A DNA stretch of 61,259 bases, from assembly GCA_043822305.1 (NCBI GenBank), contig JBDRBU010000100.1, forward strand, positions 1 to 61,259. The letters are read 5' to 3'. The notes beneath the pieces are model-generated. The model ran no database searches. It saw nothing but the letters and a program-made list of their open reading frames with translations, and was not told where the DNA came from. Below are positions 54,286 through 61,259 of the stretch, one piece after another. Positions within the stretch are counted from its first letter, which is position 1. Each line of letters opens with the position of its first letter. Made by a program: the position numbers and the translations under genes. This DNA is from Candidatus Firestoneibacteriota bacterium (GTDB taxonomy: Bacteria; Oederibacteriota; D2-FULL-39-29; JBDRBU01).

Positions 54286-54820
54286 TGTCGGATTAATTTT
54301 AGCTATAATATTTGTACTGTTAAAATCCGGAATAATAATCTGGATGTTTTTAGTGCCGATACAGATTTCACAGGTTGCAGCAAAAGCCAGACGATCAGTT
54401 GGTGCTATCAGGAAAATTTTAGTTCCAACTATTGGTGTTGAATATACGGAGAGAGCTGTTGAACTTGCTTGTAGATTGGGACAGGAACAAAAAGCGGAAA
54501 TAATTCTTACTTATATAATAGAAGTAGTGAGGACTATGCCTTTAGATGCAAATTTACCCAGAGCAGAAGAAAGAGCAAAAGAATATTTAGAAAGAGCAAA
54601 GTCAATAGTAAAGTTAAGAGGTTTAAGAGTGAAATTTCATATAGAACGTGCCAGAGAATCAGCAGAAGGTATTATTAGAGCAGCCAAAGATTTTGGAGTG
54701 GATATAATAGTCTTAGGATTTCAACCAGACTTCTCTGAGGGTTTTTTAAGTAGAACTTTAGAAATTCTATTGAAAAATGCTCCTTGTGAGGTTATAATAG
54801 ACAGGGTAGAAAAACAGTAA
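54272..54820 (+). CDS. membrane-anchored universal stress protein (UspA family)
   Basis: 182 aa. TM helix, then ..KILVP..G...... A.E.A......... and ..D.IVLG... ......CEV.I. Confidence 0.7.
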   Translation: MKISNVGLILAIIFVLLKSGIIIWMFLVPIQISQVAAKARRSVGAIRKILVPTIGVEYTERAVELACRLGQEQKAEIILTYIIEVVRTMPLDANLPRAEERAKEYLERAKSIVKLRGLRVKFHIERARESAEGIIRAAKDFGVDIIVLGFQPDFSEGFLSRTLEILLKNAPCEVIIDRVEKQ

Positions 54821-54859
54821 GTAAAGTAAATAAAGTAAATACAGAGTGAGGATTATTTT

Positions 54860-55276
54860 ATGAAAATAGTTATAGTTGGTTGTAATAGAATAAGTGCTTC
54901 TTTATCTAATGTGTTACTAAAAGATAAGCATAATATCACCATAATTGATAAGAGTGAAAATACTTTTTCAAAATTAGAGGAAAGTTATACTGGTGATAAG
55001 ATTCTGGGTGATGCCACTGATATTGATATATTAAAAAAAGCTGATTTAGATACGGTTGATATGTTTTTAGCACTTACTGATAATGATAATGCTAATATAA
55101 TGATTGCTCAAATAGTGAAAAATAAGTTTAAAACTAAAAGAATAATATGCAAAGTAGATGACCCAATAAGGGCCCAAGCGTATAAAGAATTGGATTTAGA
55201 AACGATTTGTCCTACGACTAATACTATTAATATGCTCAAAAATATTATCAGTTCAGTAAAAAAAATAGTGAAATAA
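54860..55276 (+). CDS. TrkA-N (RCK N-terminal) NAD-binding protein
   Basis: 138 aa. MKIVIVGCNRI.. Rossmann N-terminus. No TrkA-C domain. Confidence 0.7.
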   Translation: MKIVIVGCNRISASLSNVLLKDKHNITIIDKSENTFSKLEESYTGDKILGDATDIDILKKADLDTVDMFLALTDNDNANIMIAQIVKNKFKTKRIICKVDDPIRAQAYKELDLETICPTTNTINMLKNIISSVKKIVK

Positions 55277-55304
55277 TATGTTAATAGAAAAAGGTGAGTG
55301 AGAT

Positions 55305-55955
55305 ATGTATATTATAATTGTAGGTGGTGGTAAAATAGGGTATCATTTAGCCCGTTCATTGCTTTCAAAAGGGCACGAGATATTAATAGTGGAAAAGGAA
55401 AGGTCTCGTTTTCTTGAACTTTCATCAGAATTTGGAGAGAATGTGGTTCTGGGAGATGGGGCAGACTCTAAAATTCTTAAAGAAATAGGATGCAATAGAG
55501 CAGATGTATTAGTAGCCGTAACAGGTGAAGATGAGGATAATTTAGTTATATGTCAGATGGCGAAAATTCTGTATATGACTCCAAAGATAATTGCCAGGGT
55601 TAATAATCCCGAGAACGAGGAAATATTAACAATATTAGGTGTTGATGTGGCCATAAGTGTAACCCGAATAATAAATAATATTATAACTAAAACAGTTGAT
55701 AAAAGTATTCTTTTACCCTTGCTTCCGATTAAAGAAGGTAAAGTAGAGATAGTTCAGACTGAAATTTCATCAAGTTCTAAAATAATTGGTAAGCCAATAA
55801 TGAAAATTAATTTACCAAAGGATTGTATTATAATTTGTGTTATCAGGGGAGATAATGTAATATTCCCAAAGGGTGAGACAATACTCCAGGAGGGAGATAC
55901 AATCATTGCTATTGTCTCGCGTGAATATGAAAAGGAATTAAGAGACATTTTATGA
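55305..55955 (+). CDS. trkA: TrkA/KtrA-type K+ transport regulatory protein (RCK N + C)
   Basis: 216 aa. MYIIIVGGGKIGYHLA glycine motif. C-terminal TrkA-C-like ..L.EGD.I..... Confidence 0.8.
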   Translation: MYIIIVGGGKIGYHLARSLLSKGHEILIVEKERSRFLELSSEFGENVVLGDGADSKILKEIGCNRADVLVAVTGEDEDNLVICQMAKILYMTPKIIARVNNPENEEILTILGVDVAISVTRIINNIITKTVDKSILLPLLPIKEGKVEIVQTEISSSSKIIGKPIMKINLPKDCIIICVIRGDNVIFPKGETILQEGDTIIAIVSREYEKELRDIL

Positions 55956-55974
55956 CTTTCCATAATGTAAATAA

Positions 55975-56011
55975 AATATTAGGAATAGTTGTTCGGCAAA
56001 AGAACAGACTA
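55975..56011 (-). repeat. Repeat family G copy, inverted, stem decayed
   Basis: aatattaggaatagttgttcggcaaaagaacagacta is the reverse complement of 52020-52057 with changes confined to the hairpin centre. Its last base is the A of the next gene's ATG. Confidence 0.7.
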
Positions 56012-56847
56012 TGACTGTGAAATTATTTTCCGGCCTCATTTCATCCAAGGACAATCCAAAAGTTAAACAAGTAATAAACTATAAAACTGATAGCAATTTC
56101 TTTTTTGTCGAAGGAATAAAAATCATAGAAGAAATATTAAAAGAAAATGTTAAAATTAAAACTTTAATATATACAAAAGAAGCTATGACTAACCCGAAGT
56201 TCAACAAACTATTGTCTAATCTCATAGCACAGAAAGAGATTGAATATTTGTATGTGACTACAGATGTATTTAGAAAGATTTCAGATGTGGAAGAACCTCA
56301 AGAGATTGCGGCTATAGTCCATAGGAAAACAAGTAATATTGAAAATTTTTTAAAAAATATTCCCAAAAACTCAATTTTTGTTGCACTTGATAGAATTACT
56401 GACCCTGGCAATTTGGGAACAATAATAAGAACCTGCAAATCTGCAAATGTGACTGGTCTAATAATATCAAAAAACAGTGTTTCACTGTATAATCAAAAGG
56501 TTATCAGGGCTACCATGGGAGCATTTTTGGGAATGTGTGTCATAGATGAAGTTAGCCTTCATCATTTTATAAATGAACTTAAAGAACATAGTGTAACTAT
56601 AATTACAACAGATTTAAAATCGGATAAAAATTATTATGAAATTAATTATAATCTTCCTGTTTGTTTTGTTTTTGGAAATGAATCAACAGGTATATCAAAA
56701 CCAATGTTAAAACAATCTGATTTTAATGTTAAAATTCCTATTCTAAGTAATATTGACTCTTTAAATGTTGCTGTTACATCAGGTATAATAATTTATGAGG
56801 CTATAAGAAGATTTAAGTTATATTTAACTCCTTCAAAATCCTTGTAA
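56011..56847 (+). CDS. TrmH/SpoU-family RNA 2'-O-methyltransferase
   Basis: 278 aa. ..DPGN.G...R.. and ..FGNE..G.S.. SPOUT motifs. Position upstream of pheS parallels B. subtilis ysgA. Confidence 0.85.
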   Translation: MTVKLFSGLISSKDNPKVKQVINYKTDSNFFFVEGIKIIEEILKENVKIKTLIYTKEAMTNPKFNKLLSNLIAQKEIEYLYVTTDVFRKISDVEEPQEIAAIVHRKTSNIENFLKNIPKNSIFVALDRITDPGNLGTIIRTCKSANVTGLIISKNSVSLYNQKVIRATMGAFLGMCVIDEVSLHHFINELKEHSVTIITTDLKSDKNYYEINYNLPVCFVFGNESTGISKPMLKQSDFNVKIPILSNIDSLNVAVTSGIIIYEAIRRFKLYLTPSKSL

Positions 56848-56867
56848 AAACAAAGACATTCTGCCTA

Positions 56868-56896
56868 TTGACAAAAATTGCAATATATGATATAAT
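56868..56896 (+). promoter_or_regulatory. consensus promoter heading a ~310-nt leader before yqzL-like/pheST
   Basis: TTGACA (56868-56873), 17 bp spacer, TGaTATAAT (-10 at 56891-56896). Confidence 0.65.
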
Positions 56897-56953
56897 TATA
56901 TATTATATGTAATGGTAAATAGTCAGTAAAAGCCGTGAGGATTATATTCCCAT

Positions 56954-56990
56954 ATTCCCCCTTTGTTAAGGGGGATCAAGGGGGTTGTTG
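56954..56990 (+). repeat. Repeat family E copy with its flank transposed to the 3' side
   Basis: att-ccccctttgttaaggggg-atcaagggggttgttg. Same hairpin and loop orientation as other copies, but the aaccccc flank appears inverted on the right. Confidence 0.7.
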
Positions 56991-57064
56991 TTATGAATAT
57001 CTATGACAATACGATATGGAATGGTAACGATTATTAGAACTCATAAAATTTAAGCGTTAAAAGA

Positions 57065-57099
57065 ACAACCCCCTAACCCCCTTTATTAAGGGGGAATTA
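57065..57099 (+). repeat. Repeat family E copy
   Basis: acaaccccctaaccccctttattaagggggaatta. Its left flank is an 11-nt perfect inverted repeat of 56979-56989. Confidence 0.8.
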
Positions 57100-57133
57100 A
57101 AAATTAGAGGGCTTTCACTGAATATTGGAATAT

Positions 57134-57160
57134 GTCGGGGTCAGAGACGACCCCGACTAC
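57134..57160 (+). repeat. REP family C, intact copy
   Basis: gtcggggtc-agagac-gaccccgac-TAC. 9-bp perfect stem with CTAC tail. Confidence 0.75.
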
Positions 57161-57211
57161 TATTACGTCTTGTCTATAGTCTGAAGTCTGTATTAAGGAG
57201 GAGGTATTTCT

Positions 57212-57388
57212 ATGAGTAGTATGAATAGTGTTAAAGAGGTCAATAAGGACACTGAATTTTTGTGGGATGTATTTGAAAATACAGGTCTTATTGGCGTATA
57301 TTTAATGTATGAAGAAAAAGATAAAGAAACTTCATATAAGAATTTAGAAAAAAGAACTTTAAAAAATGAAATATGCCCAACAAATTAG
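57212..57388 (+). CDS. YqzL-like small protein (58 aa)
   Basis: ..EFLWDVFENTGLIGVYLMYEE.. resembles the YqzL family core. Very strong RBS AAGGAGGAGG. Overlaps the pheS start by 16 nt. Below the ORF-track cutoff. Confidence 0.55.
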   Translation: MSSMNSVKEVNKDTEFLWDVFENTGLIGVYLMYEEKDKETSYKNLEKRTLKNEICPTN

Positions 57389-58377
57389 AGAATTTGCTTA
57401 AAGACATACAAAATGATATTGAGAACATTATTTCAATTGATGAACTAGAAAAAATAAGAATTAAATATATCGGTAGAAATGGTATATTAACTCAATATTT
57501 TAGTGAGCTAAAGGATTTACCTCTGGAAGAAAGATCCAAAAGAGGTGCGGTTTTAAATACTTTAAAGAAAGACTTAGAAAATAATATAAACATTAAGTTA
57601 AATAAACTTAAAAACAAACAAGAGGAAAAGAGCATTGATGTTACTCTGCCTGGTTATAAATTTCTTAATGGTACCTGCCACCCCTTAACACAAATAATGA
57701 ACGAGATTAAAGAGATATTTAGAAATCTTAATTTTGATCTAGCCGAAGGTCCAGAAATAGAGACAGAATATTATAATTTTGAAGCGTTGAATACTCCAAA
57801 ATATCATCCGGCCCGAGATTCACAGAGCACTTTTTACTTAAGCAAAAATAATCTTCTTAGATCTCAAACTTCTGCTGTGCAAATCAGGTATATGGAAAAA
57901 GAAAAACCACCTATAAGAGTTGTTTCAATAGGGAAATGTTATAGAAGCGATCCATTGGACCCTTCTCACTCGCCTGTGTTTCATCAAGTAGAAGGTCTTA
58001 TGGTCGATGAGAATATTACCTTTGGTGATTTAAAAGGTATTTTAAAAATTTTTTTCGGCAGAATTTTTGGGAAGAAGGTTCAAATAAGACTTAATCCGAG
58101 TTATTTCCCGTTTACCGAACCAAGTGCAGAGGTTTCTGTATCTTGTGTTATGTGTGGAGGAAAAGGATGTAGTGTTTGTAAAAGTACCGGCTGGCTTGAA
58201 ATTTTTGGGGCGGGTATGGTTCATCCAAATGTTTTTAAATCTGTCCATTATGATTCAGAAAAATGGACAGGGTTTGCCTTTGGTGGCGGTATAGAAAGGT
58301 TAGCCATGATAAAGTACAATATTAATGATATAAGACTTTTCTACGAAAACGATATTCGGTTTTTGGAGCAATTTTAA
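57373..58377 (+). CDS. pheS: phenylalanyl-tRNA synthetase alpha subunit
   Basis: 334 aa. Class II motifs, HP.R....TFY, FPFTEPS, GFAFG.G.ERLAM. Confidence 0.96.
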   Translation: MPNKLENLLKDIQNDIENIISIDELEKIRIKYIGRNGILTQYFSELKDLPLEERSKRGAVLNTLKKDLENNINIKLNKLKNKQEEKSIDVTLPGYKFLNGTCHPLTQIMNEIKEIFRNLNFDLAEGPEIETEYYNFEALNTPKYHPARDSQSTFYLSKNNLLRSQTSAVQIRYMEKEKPPIRVVSIGKCYRSDPLDPSHSPVFHQVEGLMVDENITFGDLKGILKIFFGRIFGKKVQIRLNPSYFPFTEPSAEVSVSCVMCGGKGCSVCKSTGWLEIFGAGMVHPNVFKSVHYDSEKWTGFAFGGGIERLAMIKYNINDIRLFYENDIRFLEQF

Positions 58378-58378
58378 T

Positions 58379-60472
58379 ATGAAAATCACATATAATTGGT
58401 TAAGAGATTATGTAGATTTGAATTTATCACCAGAGAAGTTATGTGATAAATTTAATTCAATAGGATTAAATGTGGCTAGTTTTTCTCCTATTGGAAATGA
58501 TGATTTTTATTATGATTTGGAAATTTTACCAAATAGACCAGATTGTTTAAGCATAATTGGCCTAGCCAGAGTTCTTTCAGCTATATTGAATAAATCTTTA
58601 AAACTTCCAAAATTCAAAATAAAGGAAGATAAGAAAACAAAAATAAATGAATATATTAAAGTTCAGATAAAAACTCCAAATTTATGTCTAAGATATTCGG
58701 CCAGAGTAGTTTTTAATCTAAAAATAAAAGAATCTCCCATTTGGATGCAAGTTAGACTTAAAAGTGTAGGTATAAAGTCAATAAACAATGTTGTCGATGT
58801 TACAAATTATGTATTAATGGAAACGGGTCATCCATTGCATGCTTTTGATTATGATTTAATAACAGGTAAAACCATTCTAATTAGAAATGCTAATGAAGAT
58901 GAGGAAATCATAACCTTAGATGGAATTAGTAGAAAATTAAGTCCGGAGATGTTAGTAATTTCAGATAAAAAAAAGGCAATAGCCTTAGCCGGTATAATGG
59001 GGGGCCAAGAAACAGAGATAAGTTCCAATACTTCTAATATATTGCTTGAATGTGCTTATTTTAACCCGATTAATATAAGAAAAACTTCAAAAATGCTAAA
59101 TTTGTCCACTGAATCTTCTTATAGATTTGAAAGAGGTGTTGATTATGAAGGATTAGTTTATGGTCTAAATAGAGCTACTTACTTAATTCAGAAATTAGCC
59201 GAAGGAAATGTAGTTAGTGATTATGTTGATTTATATCCCAAGAAAATAACTCCTATAAAAATAAAAACGAGATATACAAGAGTAAATAAGATCTTAGGCA
59301 GTAACATTAAAAAGCAAGAGATGATATCTTGTTGTCAGAGATTAGGATTTATAGTTTCAAAAAAAACTAATGACTATTTTGCCGTTCAGGTTCCAAGTTT
59401 TAGAACAGAAATTTATAAAGAAATTGATATCATCGAAGAAATTGCTCAAATTTATGGTTATGATAAGATTAAAGAATCTATTCCAAAGATAGAATTAAAA
59501 GTTTTCCCCGGAAAATTAAATAATAAATTAGACGACCAAAGGAAGTCCCCGTGGGAGGATTTTATAAGGGAAAACTTAGTCTCTCAAGGGCTAAATGAGG
59601 CTATTAACTTCTCGTTTATGAGTAAAAATTGGTTTGATAAAATGGGATTGTTAAAAGAAAATCCTTTAGTAAAAGGTTTAATAGGTATAACTAATCCTTT
59701 GAATGAAAATTGGAATACTTTAAGATCTACATTACTTCCGGGATTACTTGGCAATGTTGCTTTAAATGTTGGAAGTTGTGGAAATAAAAATGTTAAAATT
59801 TTCGAGACAGGTAAAGTGTTTTTTCAAAAAGATAACTTTTTAGAAGAGTTTAAATCGTTAGGCATTATCATCACCGGAAATATCCATGAAAAAGGTTGGC
59901 TACAAAAAGATGAAAGTGTGTCTTTTTATTATTTGAAAGGAGTGATAGAATATTTATTTAAAAATTTAAATATTGAATTTAAACTCCAAAATGATTTAAA
60001 TGAAATTTTTCAGTCTAATTGTTCTACTTCTATAGTAGTCAAAGATGAAAAGATAGGTATTTGTGGGGAAATATCAAAAAATATAATTGAAGCATTAGAC
60101 ATGAAAGGCAATGTTTATTATTCTGAAATCAAGTTACCACTAATAGAAGGATATGCAAACTTTAGCAAAACATATTCAGCCTTAGCAAAATTTCCAGGTG
60201 TGAGGAGAGATATTTCTTTTATTATAAATAATAATATTTCTGCCCAAAAAATTAGCGAGCATCTTAAAAGTTTTAAAAATGATCTTGTGGAGAAAATAGA
60301 TATTATTGATGTGTATGAAGGAAAACAAATAGGTGATGGTAAAAAGAGTTTAACCTACTCAATAATATATAGAAGTTTAGATAGAACATTAACAGACAAA
60401 GAAGTTGATTTAATGAATAATAATCTAATAGATTCAGTTTCTAATATATTTAACACTCAAATTAGAAAGTAA
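58379..60472 (+). CDS. pheT: phenylalanyl-tRNA synthetase beta subunit (short form, no B2/tRNA_bind OB domain)
   Basis: 697 aa. MKITYNWLRDYV.. runs almost directly into ..LEILPNRPDCLS... B3/B4, B5 and FDX-ACB regions are present. Confidence 0.93.
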   Translation: MKITYNWLRDYVDLNLSPEKLCDKFNSIGLNVASFSPIGNDDFYYDLEILPNRPDCLSIIGLARVLSAILNKSLKLPKFKIKEDKKTKINEYIKVQIKTPNLCLRYSARVVFNLKIKESPIWMQVRLKSVGIKSINNVVDVTNYVLMETGHPLHAFDYDLITGKTILIRNANEDEEIITLDGISRKLSPEMLVISDKKKAIALAGIMGGQETEISSNTSNILLECAYFNPINIRKTSKMLNLSTESSYRFERGVDYEGLVYGLNRATYLIQKLAEGNVVSDYVDLYPKKITPIKIKTRYTRVNKILGSNIKKQEMISCCQRLGFIVSKKTNDYFAVQVPSFRTEIYKEIDIIEEIAQIYGYDKIKESIPKIELKVFPGKLNNKLDDQRKSPWEDFIRENLVSQGLNEAINFSFMSKNWFDKMGLLKENPLVKGLIGITNPLNENWNTLRSTLLPGLLGNVALNVGSCGNKNVKIFETGKVFFQKDNFLEEFKSLGIIITGNIHEKGWLQKDESVSFYYLKGVIEYLFKNLNIEFKLQNDLNEIFQSNCSTSIVVKDEKIGICGEISKNIIEALDMKGNVYYSEIKLPLIEGYANFSKTYSALAKFPGVRRDISFIINNNISAQKISEHLKSFKNDLVEKIDIIDVYEGKQIGDGKKSLTYSIIYRSLDRTLTDKEVDLMNNNLIDSVSNIFNTQIRK
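59531..59560 (+). repeat. Family D 29-mer inside pheT (translated DDQRKSPWED)
   Basis: gacgaccaaaggaagtccccgtgggagga, 27/29 identical to the minus-strand copy at 4981-5009. Core aaggaagtcccc[a/g]tggga also occurs at 598-616. Coordinates are +/-1 nt. Confidence 0.7.
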
Positions 60473-60483
60473 GGAAGGTCTTT

Positions 60484-60702
60484 ATGGATAAGATAACTAT
60501 TTTAGAAGAGAAAATTAAAAAGGCGATAGAACTAATCAATCAGTTAAAAAAAGAGAATGAGGAATTAAAATATAAAATGAAAGATTTAGAGTTATTCAAG
60601 AGCGAACTTGAAAAGTTAAAGGAAAAAAGAGACAGGGCAAAATCACAAGTAGGTGAAATATTAGAGGCGATAGACAGGATTCAATTAGACTTAAAATTGT
60701 GA
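60484..60702 (+). CDS. zapB: ZapB-like coiled-coil cell-division protein
   Basis: 72 aa, all heptad coiled coil. L.EKI..A.E.I..L..EN.EL. Directly upstream of zapA. Confidence 0.65.
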   Translation: MDKITILEEKIKKAIELINQLKKENEELKYKMKDLELFKSELEKLKEKRDRAKSQVGEILEAIDRIQLDLKL

Positions 60703-60753
60703 AGCCACAGAGAGCACAGAGAAGTTCTTTGTGTGTGTTAGGGGGGATAAATT

Positions 60754-61041
60754 ATGGAAGAAGGCAAGAAGGGTGTTTGTGTTGATATTTTTGGAAATGA
60801 GTATGTGATCAAAGGAGAAGGCGATGCTTTGCATATAAAAGATGTGGCTAAATATGTAGATGATAAAATGAGGATGATTTCTCTTTCTACTTCTAATGTT
60901 TCCTCATCAAAAGTGGCTATTTTAACTGCATTGAATTTAACAGATGAAATATTTAAGTTAAAAAAAGAAGTGGCATTATATGAAAAGAATTTTGGAAAAG
61001 TCGACGAGCTAATAAAAACAATGGAAAATCAAGGGTTGTGA
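60754..61041 (+). CDS. zapA: cell division protein ZapA
   Basis: 95 aa. V.IFG.EY.IKG.......... A.YVD.KM... .....KVAIL.ALN..DE. Confidence 0.85.
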   Translation: MEEGKKGVCVDIFGNEYVIKGEGDALHIKDVAKYVDDKMRMISLSTSNVSSSKVAILTALNLTDEIFKLKKEVALYEKNFGKVDELIKTMENQGL

Positions 61042-61055
61042 ATTTTTTATTTGTA

Positions 61056-61083
61056 TTGACAAAATCTAAAAATATGGTAAAAT
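61056..61083 (+). promoter_or_regulatory. strong promoter downstream of zapA
   Basis: TTGACA (61056-61061), 16 bp spacer, TGgTAAAAT (-10 at 61078-61083). Confidence 0.55.
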
Positions 61084-61218
61084 ATAATTAAGAATTAAAA
61101 ATTATGGAGTGATTTAAGCGAAACTTCCTCAAGTTTAATGCAGAGAAATGATGTAAGTCTAAATATATGAGAGAGTTTTTTGAATTTGACTCGTTTAAGG
61201 CTATTTTGGGGATAAGTA

Positions 61219-61259
61219 ATGAATAATTTGATAGAGTTTGAGATGATCAAGTCTGCCTT
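61219..61259 (+). CDS. possible 5' end of a CDS running off the window
   Basis: ATG at 61219 about 7 nt after GGGGA. Reads MNNLIEFEMIKSA.. to the window edge. Too short to identify. Confidence 0.25.
   Translation, partial: MNNLIEFEMIKSA

Noticed and set aside
56897-57211. T-box riboswitch or Phe-rich leader-peptide attenuator upstream of pheS
   Set aside because: I looked for the conserved T-box sequence (AANNNGGGUGGNACCGCG) and found none. aaattagagggctttcac is only superficially similar. No short ORF with consecutive Phe codons is present.
1-61259. CRISPR array
   Set aside because: The recurring hairpins are dispersed singly or as inverted doublets in different intergenic regions. There is no regular repeat-spacer periodicity and no cas genes.
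1-61259. Alternative genetic code (UGA recoding, as in some candidate phyla)
   Set aside because: All conserved genes give full-length products with TGA, TAA and TAG as stops. The only two truncations are explained by homopolymer frameshifts, not by in-frame stop codons.

Overview
This is a visibly AT-rich bacterial chromosomal segment that reads cleanly with the standard genetic code. It holds about 60 protein genes and one tRNA, and all but one gene lie on the + strand.

Gene content is mostly housekeeping:
- hup, then a TPR-lipoprotein / LolB-like / ispE / spoVG block
- rho, rpmE, prfA-prmC, murA
- one contiguous, translationally coupled his (hisD,B,H,A,F,I) - trp (trpE,G,D,C,F,B,A) super-operon
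- dnaE, purD, hisS-aspS, phoH-ybeY-CNNM, aroE, tRNA-Cys
- infC-rpmI-rplT, a permease/Usp/TrkA block, a TrmH-family gene, pheST, zapBA

Lipoboxes, a beta-barrel-like OMP and a T9SS-type C-terminal sorting domain point to a diderm, probably uncultured lineage.

The unusual part is not one gene cluster but a dense layer of selfish and repeat DNA.
1. A REP-associated tyrosine transposase (RAYT) gene with perfect 20-bp inverted repeats is stitched into the trp operon.
2. At least nine families of short GC-rich hairpin repeats fill almost every intergenic gap. Three unrelated families share the CTAC tail typical of RAYT-processed REPs.
3. One repeat appears to sit in frame inside aroE, others supply start or stop codons to neighbouring CDSs, and a near-identical 29-mer is translated in two unrelated genes.
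4. The his-trp super-operon also carries two decayed toxin-antitoxin cassettes (toxin deleted, partner ORF kept), a YhcG-type nuclease, an isomerase/SNase/OB-fold trio, and two A9-homopolymer frameshifts (trpE, trpB).

Other accessory items:
- A type II R-M pair is fused to the 3' end of dnaE.
- A DUF362 / polyferredoxin / AmmeMemoRadiSam-type radical SAM string follows aroE.
- Two GAF-GAF-HD-GYP paralogs are present.

No CRISPR array, rRNA, integrase or phage block was seen. All family assignments come from motif recognition by eye. No database search was run.
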